NCBI GenBank assembly: GCA_963778655.1
Contig: CAVZVA010000009.1
Span: forward strand, 576,001-640,000
DNA from: an uncultured delta proteobacterium
Lineage (GTDB): Bacteria; Myxococcota_A; Polyangia; Polyangiales; JAFGIB01
Direction of reading: 5' to 3'
Length of the DNA stretch: 64,000 bases
Part shown: positions 58,644-64,000 of the stretch, piece by piece
How the letters are laid out: each line of letters opens with the position of its first letter
Numbering within the stretch: the first letter of the stretch is position 1
Position numbers and translations under genes: made by a program
Notes under the pieces: model-generated
What the model saw: only the letters and a program-made list of their open reading frames with translations
What the model was told of the DNA's origin: nothing
Database searches by the model: none

Positions 58644-59090
58644 TCAGCCCGGCCGGTCACGTGGCAGTTGCACGGCTGGATCGAGATTGCCCTTGCCGGG
58701 CACGTGGTTGATCTCGAGACGGATGCCGTCGGGATCTTCAAAGAGCAGCGAGTAGTAGCCCTTCGCCCATGGCCCTTCTTCGGGCGGATGCACGATCGGT
58801 GCGCCGAGCCTCTGCACCAGCGCGTGCACGGCATCGACGTCCGCGCGCTCTCGTGCTCGAAAGCACAGGTGATGCAGGCCCGCACGCCGCTGGTTGAAAC
58901 GCGGCTCCCGGAGCTCGGGGTCGCAAGGTGTGATGAGCAAGCCCGTGCGGCCGCCGATGCAATAGAAGATGCCGGGCTCGTCGTACTGCACGTGCATGCC
59001 GAGTGCCGGCAAGAGCGTGGCGTAGAACGCGCGGCTGGCCGCGAAATCGGTCACCGAGAGCTGGATGTGTGCGATGCCGTTGATTTCCAT
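58644..59090 (-). CDS. VOC/glyoxalase family protein
   Basis: Motifs IAHIQLSV, GLHHLCFRA and GYYSLLFEDPDGIRLEIN. GAGGAGG RBS before the ATG at 59090. Confidence 0.9.
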   Translation of the reverse strand: MEINGIAHIQLSVTDFAASRAFYATLLPALGMHVQYDEPGIFYCIGGRTGLLITPCDPELREPRFNQRRAGLHHLCFRARERADVDAVHALVQRLGAPIVHPPEEGPWAKGYYSLLFEDPDGIRLEINHVPGKGNLDPAVQLPRDRPG

Positions 59091-59805
59091 GTCCTCCTCG
59101 CTTTCGCAGCGTGACGCGCGCATGCGCAAGGGTTCTACCGCGGAAACTGTCGGAATTCTCTGTGAGCTTCGGCTTCTTGAGGAACTCGGAGAACCAACCA
59201 CGACACCTGCCCGCTGCGTGCTCGCGTGCTCGAGCATCGATCTCTCGATCGCATTGTCGGACGATCTCACGCTTCGTTCCTGCGAGTCCACGGCCTGGAA
59301 CGGAATGGGAGTGCTGAAAAGGTCTTGTTTCGGGGACCCGGTGGGAACACATTCGGGCCAACACGATGGCCGAGGCGCACGAGCGTCCCGGTCTTGGCTG
59401 CCCACAGGTCCAGACCGCGTTCGCACCGACCGTGCCGTAGGCGGTCGTCGTAGAGCCTGAACGCCGTCCTCCCGTCGGTGGGCGCCTGGCGCCAGCGCCG
59501 CGTTGCGAGCGATGGGACCACCCTGAGGGATCAGGTTCCAGCCCAGATCTGGTGCAGCGCGGCGATGGGCATCACGCCCGACGGTCGGACGGCGTTCCTG
59601 TTCACAAACAAGACGCGCGACTGCCTGCTCGAAGACTTCGTGGTCGTGAAGACCGCGGCGGGCGTTGGCGCGTTCGACCAGCGTCCCGAGGCGCTTGCCG
59701 GCGTGCTGCTGCAGGGCGGCACACGCACGGCGAGCCGTGCGGTTGGGTGGGCGAGCCCGGCGCTGAGGATCGGATGGAGCCAGAAGACCCGCCTGGGGCG
59801 CCGCT

Positions 59806-60816
59806 TCAAGCGGGACGAGCGCGTCGATCCTCTCGCAAGCGCCGAGCAGTCCTGGCCTCGCGCCGCGCCCCCACCGAGCCTTTTGCGGGGGACTCCCCGG
59901 CGAAGAGCGCGGCCTTCGGCTCAAGCGCGGCCTGCAGAAAGGCCATGAGCACGCGGACCCGAGCGGTATGGCGCAGGACCGGGTGGGTCATGATCCACAG
60001 CGCCATGTCCAGGTGATCGAAGGTCGGAGCGACCCGGACGAGAGCCGGGCTGGCGTCGCCTCGGTAGCACGGCAGTAGCGCGACGCCCATGCCGACCTCT
60101 GCGGCGCGCTGGGCGGCGGTCGTGGAGTTGGTGCGCAGGACCGAGTGTTCGAGAATCTGCAAGCGGTTCTTCCAAAGCATGGGCACGAGCCATCCCTCGA
60201 CACCCGCGACCATCACCCAGTCGTGATCGGCAAGCTCGCGAGCGCCTGCCGCTTGGAGGTAGGCCGGCGTCGCATAGGCGGCGAAGCGGAAGTCGCAGAT
60301 CTTGTGCCCGAGGCTGTCGTCGGGCGGGCGCCGGGCCGCGCGAATGGCCACGTCGGCCTCGCGCCGCGAAAGGTCGAAGGCGGCCGATCCTTCCACCAGC
60401 TCGATCGCGACCTGAGGATGGAGCGCGTGAAACTCCGCCAACAACGGAGGCAGGTGAAGCGTGCAGATGCCATCGGGCGCGGTCACCCGGACGTTGCCTT
60501 GCAAGCGGGCGTCGCGGCCGTCGATCTCGTGGCTGAGGGCATGGAGCTCACTCTCGATGCGCTCCCCGAAGCGAAGCGCGATCTCGCCCGCATCGGTCAT
60601 GGTGTAGCCCGACGGCAGACGCTCGAAGAAGCGGACCCCGGCGTCCGACTCGATCCGGTTGAGCTTGCGGAACAAGGTGCTGTGGTCCTTGCCCAGCAGG
60701 CGGGCCGCGCCAGCCAGGCTGCCTGTTCTGCAAATCGCCAGCAGGACGCGCACATCGCTCCATTCGAGACGGTTCAGGGCGGGCGACTGCGACGGTCGGG
60801 AGCGCGGATGGGGCAT
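59806..60816 (-). CDS. LysR-family transcriptional regulator
   Basis: HTH motif GSLAGAARLLGKDHSTLFRKLNRIE and LSRREADVAIR. Confidence 0.92.
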   Translation of the reverse strand: MPHPRSRPSQSPALNRLEWSDVRVLLAICRTGSLAGAARLLGKDHSTLFRKLNRIESDAGVRFFERLPSGYTMTDAGEIALRFGERIESELHALSHEIDGRDARLQGNVRVTAPDGICTLHLPPLLAEFHALHPQVAIELVEGSAAFDLSRREADVAIRAARRPPDDSLGHKICDFRFAAYATPAYLQAAGARELADHDWVMVAGVEGWLVPMLWKNRLQILEHSVLRTNSTTAAQRAAEVGMGVALLPCYRGDASPALVRVAPTFDHLDMALWIMTHPVLRHTARVRVLMAFLQAALEPKAALFAGESPAKGSVGARREARTARRLREDRRARPA

Positions 60817-60934
60817 GATTGGCTCCTTGCAAAGATGCAAATCGAAGTCGCCGTTTTACCAGATTCCTTTGCACATTGGAAAGACTAGGGTCGTTCCATC
60901 CACGGCCGCTCGCGGCCCCAACCAAAGGAACCCC

Positions 60935-61582
60935 ATGACCACCTTTTCGATCGAAGACTTCGCCGCTGCCTGCAAGCAAGCCATGGCTCAGGCCCCCAAC
61001 GGGAGGGCGGCGGCGAGCGCCTATCTAGCCGACACGTTGGCGCGCTGCGGCACGCGCGAGATCATCCGCGTGCTCGAGGCCGCGATTCCCGCCGGCGCCA
61101 GCATCGGCGAGCTCATCGTCCACGCCTCACCCGAGCTCACCATGCTGTACGGCCGCATGCCCGGGCGCTTCCAGAGCGGCATCCACAACCACACCGTCTG
61201 CGCGGTCATCGGCCAGCTCGAGGGGGAAGAGGTGAACCACATCTTCGAACGCAGCGCCGACGGTTCTCTGCGGGAAGTGCGCACCACCACGCTACGCGCC
61301 GGCGACGTACTGACTCTCGACCGGGATGTCATCCACTGCATCGCGAACCCCGGCGACCAGCCGGCCCACGCGCTCCACCTCTACAAAGGTGATTTCCGTG
61401 CGCTCTCCGACCGCCGCAGCCTGTGGTCGTGGGACGACCATCAGCAGAAGCCCTTCTCCTTCCCCGAGCTGCTCCAGGAGTCAGCCACCGCCATGCACCG
61501 AAGTGGCAACCGCGCCGGCCTGCAAGCTCTCGTCAGGGCCATGCCGGCCAGCAAGGCATTCGTCGATACGCTCGGGGACTAG
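60935..61582 (+). CDS. Cysteine dioxygenase-like cupin
   Basis: SGIHNH...GQLEGEEVN...DVIHCIAN...ALHLY. Divergent from the LysR gene. Confidence 0.75.
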   Translation: MTTFSIEDFAAACKQAMAQAPNGRAAASAYLADTLARCGTREIIRVLEAAIPAGASIGELIVHASPELTMLYGRMPGRFQSGIHNHTVCAVIGQLEGEEVNHIFERSADGSLREVRTTTLRAGDVLTLDRDVIHCIANPGDQPAHALHLYKGDFRALSDRRSLWSWDDHQQKPFSFPELLQESATAMHRSGNRAGLQALVRAMPASKAFVDTLGD

Positions 61583-61954
61583 GAACGAATTCTTGACCGC
61601 TTTGCATGGTAAGGAATTCATTGCCCTCATCGTAAGTACCTGGTCCGGCATGGTCGGTCGCGCGGTGGCGATCGGTCGGCCGTCCCGGTCGTGCGTCCAG
61701 GTTGACGGATCACCGCGGCGACCCGGCGTCCGTTGATGGCGTCCTAGAAGACGATCGGGAGTACGATACGAGTGGGACTGCGACTGTTGTGGGTCTCCCG
61801 GGGGACTCCGCGCACCCGTGTTGCGCATCCATTGCGATGGGGCCCGACGGCAACGTAGGATTGAGGTTCGCGGGATCTCCGCGGGCAGTGAAGGCCAAAG
61901 CGGACAGGACGCGACGTTTTGGCGAGTTGGCTAAGGCTCGCCGCAAGAGGTGGG

Positions 61955-61998
61955 GCTGAATGCGAGCTTGGGGGCTGTGGGGGGCGTGGGTACTGCTG
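61955..61998 (+). repeat. 44-bp inverted repeat, copy 2 (covers the start of the M23 gene)
   Basis: Reverse complement of 49310-49353 with 3 mismatches. Confidence 0.85.
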
Positions 61999-62826
61999 AG
62001 TTGTTCGAACGGGACCGCCGCGAGCACGGTGAGCGCAGCAGGGCCGCAGTCATCCAACCCGGCATCCGGGGCTTCTGTCGCCCACGCATCCAGCGACGCG
62101 GCGCAGAGCCGCGATGCGTCGGGCGCCCAGCCGGCTGATGAGGGCGACTCCGGAGCTGCCGAAAGCGTTCACGGACTGTCCTGGCCGATCGACTGCAAGG
62201 TGGGGTCTAGCTGCGACCTCGGCTATCCAGACACGGATGGAGACGGCAAGGCCTTCAACTGCGGGCCGCCTGCTTACAAAGGACATCAAGGGACGGACAT
62301 CACGATCTCGCAAGCGCAGATGGATGCAGGTGTTGCCGTCCTTGCCGCCGTTGCCGCCGCCGATGGCGAGGTCCTATTCGTGTTCGATGGCAAGTTCGAT
62401 CGCTGTCCTGACCCGAATGAGCCCGACTGCGCGCCGCCCTCGCCCTCCGCGGCTGCCAGTGACACCTCAGGCTATCGGGTGTGCACCCCTCGCGGCGCCT
62501 ATTGCGATCAAGGCACGTGCTGCTGTTTCTGGTGCTTCGACGGGGGGAACGTGATCGTGATCCGGCATCGATCGCTGGATGGTGTGTTTGCCACCCGCTA
62601 CGACTATCTCAAGCGCGGATCGATCTTGGTCAAACCGGGCGACAACGTCGTACGCGGCCAAAGGATTGCTGAGGTTGGCAGTGCGGGTAGCAGTCCTGGC
62701 CCGCGCCTCTTCTTTCAGGTTTGGTCCGACGGCTTCCTCAAGATTGTCGATCCTTGGGCCGGAGCGTGTGGGCCGAACACGACTGGGAGTCTTTGGGCGA
62801 CCGATCCGCCTTGGGCGTCGCGGTGA
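61960..62826 (+). CDS. M23 peptidase-like lipoprotein with a degenerate active site
   Basis: Lipobox LLSC, HQGTD, GGNVIVIRH and VKPGDNVVRGQRIAEVGSAG. The HxH motif reads RLF. Confidence 0.75.
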   Translation: MRAWGLWGAWVLLSCSNGTAASTVSAAGPQSSNPASGASVAHASSDAAQSRDASGAQPADEGDSGAAESVHGLSWPIDCKVGSSCDLGYPDTDGDGKAFNCGPPAYKGHQGTDITISQAQMDAGVAVLAAVAAADGEVLFVFDGKFDRCPDPNEPDCAPPSPSAAASDTSGYRVCTPRGAYCDQGTCCCFWCFDGGNVIVIRHRSLDGVFATRYDYLKRGSILVKPGDNVVRGQRIAEVGSAGSSPGPRLFFQVWSDGFLKIVDPWAGACGPNTTGSLWATDPPWASR

Positions 62827-62960
62827 CAACCCATGGTCTCGTCGCCGGGTCGATCGCCGGCACAGCGAGCGGCCAGCCGCCGTTCAGCGTTCGAGCGCTG
62901 TGATGCGGACTCGATTAGGTCGGTTGGGTGATGCCGGACCCCGCTCTGTTCTGAGCTGAG

Positions 62961-64000
62961 TCACAGCGCCGTGAGCTCGGCGGCGAGGGTGTGGAGGCCG
63001 ACGGCTTCGACGCCGGCGCTCAAACTGTAGCGATCGTCGCCGGAGTAGACGACGAAGCGGCGGGCGGGCTTGAGGTCGTCGCAGGCGAGGTGGAAGCCCT
63101 TCTCGATCTTCGGCGCGAGGCCGCGCTTGATCTCGACGGCCCAGCGTCTGCGCTTGGGCAGGTCGAGCACGAGATCAATCTCCGCGCCGGCGGCCGTCCG
63201 GTAGAAGCTCGCGGCGGTGCGCTCGGGTGCGGCGGCGAGCAGGTTCTCAATCACGAAGCCTTCCCAGCTTGCGCCCACTACGGGGTGCCCGGCGAGCTCG
63301 TCGGCGTCCTCGAGCCCGAGCAGCGCGTGCACGAGGCCGCTGTCGCGCACGAAGACCTTCGGCGACTTCACCAGGCGCTTGCCGGTGTTGGCGTGGAACG
63401 GCGGCAGGCGGCGCACCAGGAGCAGATCGGCCAGGAGATCGATGTAGCGCGTGACCGTCGGCGCGCTGACCGACAGCGCGGACGCGAGGCGCGAGACGTT
63501 GAGCAGCGTGGCCTGGTTGTGCGCGAGCATCGTCCAGAGCCGCTCGAGCGTCTCCGCCGGGATGCGCGGGCCGAACTGCGGCACGTCGCGCTCCAGGTAG
63601 GTGCGGATGAAGTCCTTGCGGATCGCCAGGCTCTCGGCGTCGGTGCGGGCGAGGTAGCTATCCGGGAAGCCCCCGCGCAGCCAGAGGGTCGCAAGCTCGG
63701 TGCTGTCGGCCGCCGCCTCGAGCACGTCCAGCGGCCCCAGCTCGACGTAGGCGATCCGGCCGGCCAGGCTCTCGCCCGACTGGCGCAGCAGGTCGATCGA
63801 CGCCGAGCCCAGGACGAGAAAGCGCCCGGTGCGCCGCCCTCGCCTGCGCCCCTGGTCGATGAGGCCGCGCAGCGCCTGGAAAAGCTCCGGCATGCGGTGG
63901 ATTTCGTCGAGGATGACCAGGCGGTCTTCGTGGGCACGCAGGAACAGCGCCGGGTCGCTGAGCTTGGCGCGGTCTTCCCGCGCCTCGAGGTCGAGGTAGA
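62961..64000 (-). CDS. AAA+ ATPase with DUF4143 domain; partial, 5' end beyond the window
   Basis: Motifs YLDLE, VILDEIH, FLVLGSAS, ESLAGR, RGGFP, KRLVKSPK and EIDLV...AVEIK. Confidence 0.9.
   Translation of the reverse strand, partial: YLDLEAREDRAKLSDPALFLRAHEDRLVILDEIHRMPELFQALRGLIDQGRRRGRRTGRFLVLGSASIDLLRQSGESLAGRIAYVELGPLDVLEAAADSTELATLWLRGGFPDSYLARTDAESLAIRKDFIRTYLERDVPQFGPRIPAETLERLWTMLAHNQATLLNVSRLASALSVSAPTVTRYIDLLADLLLVRRLPPFHANTGKRLVKSPKVFVRDSGLVHALLGLEDADELAGHPVVGASWEGFVIENLLAAAPERTAASFYRTAAGAEIDLVLDLPKRRRWAVEIKRGLAPKIEKGFHLACDDLKPARRFVVYSGDDRYSLSAGVEAVGLHTLAAELTAL

Noticed and set aside
58644..59924. 426-aa extended VOC ORF
   Set aside because: Only the last 148 aa are VOC-like, and a strong RBS precedes the ATG at 59090. 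The upstream part is open by chance.
62961..64000. AAA-DUF4143 gene as a defence system
   Set aside because: A common stand-alone family, truncated by the window, with no partner genes visible.

Overview
High-GC bacterial DNA, most consistent with a Myxococcota (Polyangiales-like) genome. This is inferred from the Ser/Thr kinase-TPR-Cys-rich lipoprotein module, the DUF4398-OmpA pair, a GAFTDA-type sigma-54 activator and a stand-alone FAAL. No rRNA, tRNA or CRISPR array was seen. The left ~49 kb looks like a stress/low-oxygen gene neighbourhood. It holds a cyclic beta-1,2-glucan synthase (runs off the left edge), a desaturase/reductase pair, a pgm-glgP-xfp-fba-P3A H+-ATPase operon, TMEM175, a USP and an M50-CBS protease. 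It also holds a translationally coupled operon of a small protein, a THREE-domain KaiC-like ATPase and a GAF histidine kinase, followed by a hemerythrin-like gene. AI-2E, SPFH, GlsB/YeaQ and greB genes follow. At least five sigma-54 -24/-12 promoters and a shared candidate enhancer motif (GCNAARNTGYCCCA) lie around an NtrC-family activator. The right ~15 kb is a patchwork of gene remnants and orphan secreted proteins (CUB/PPC-like plus HExxH metalloprotease, clan GH-A hydrolase with a DNRLRE-like tail, degenerate M23). Three single-base +1 frameshifts (one in glgP, two in kaiC) may be sequencing errors. The best candidates for an undescribed system are the triple-KaiC signalling operon, the local sigma-54 regulon and the glycogen-to-proton-pump operon with a DUF2934-tailed ATPase. 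All family calls are from motif recognition, not database searches.
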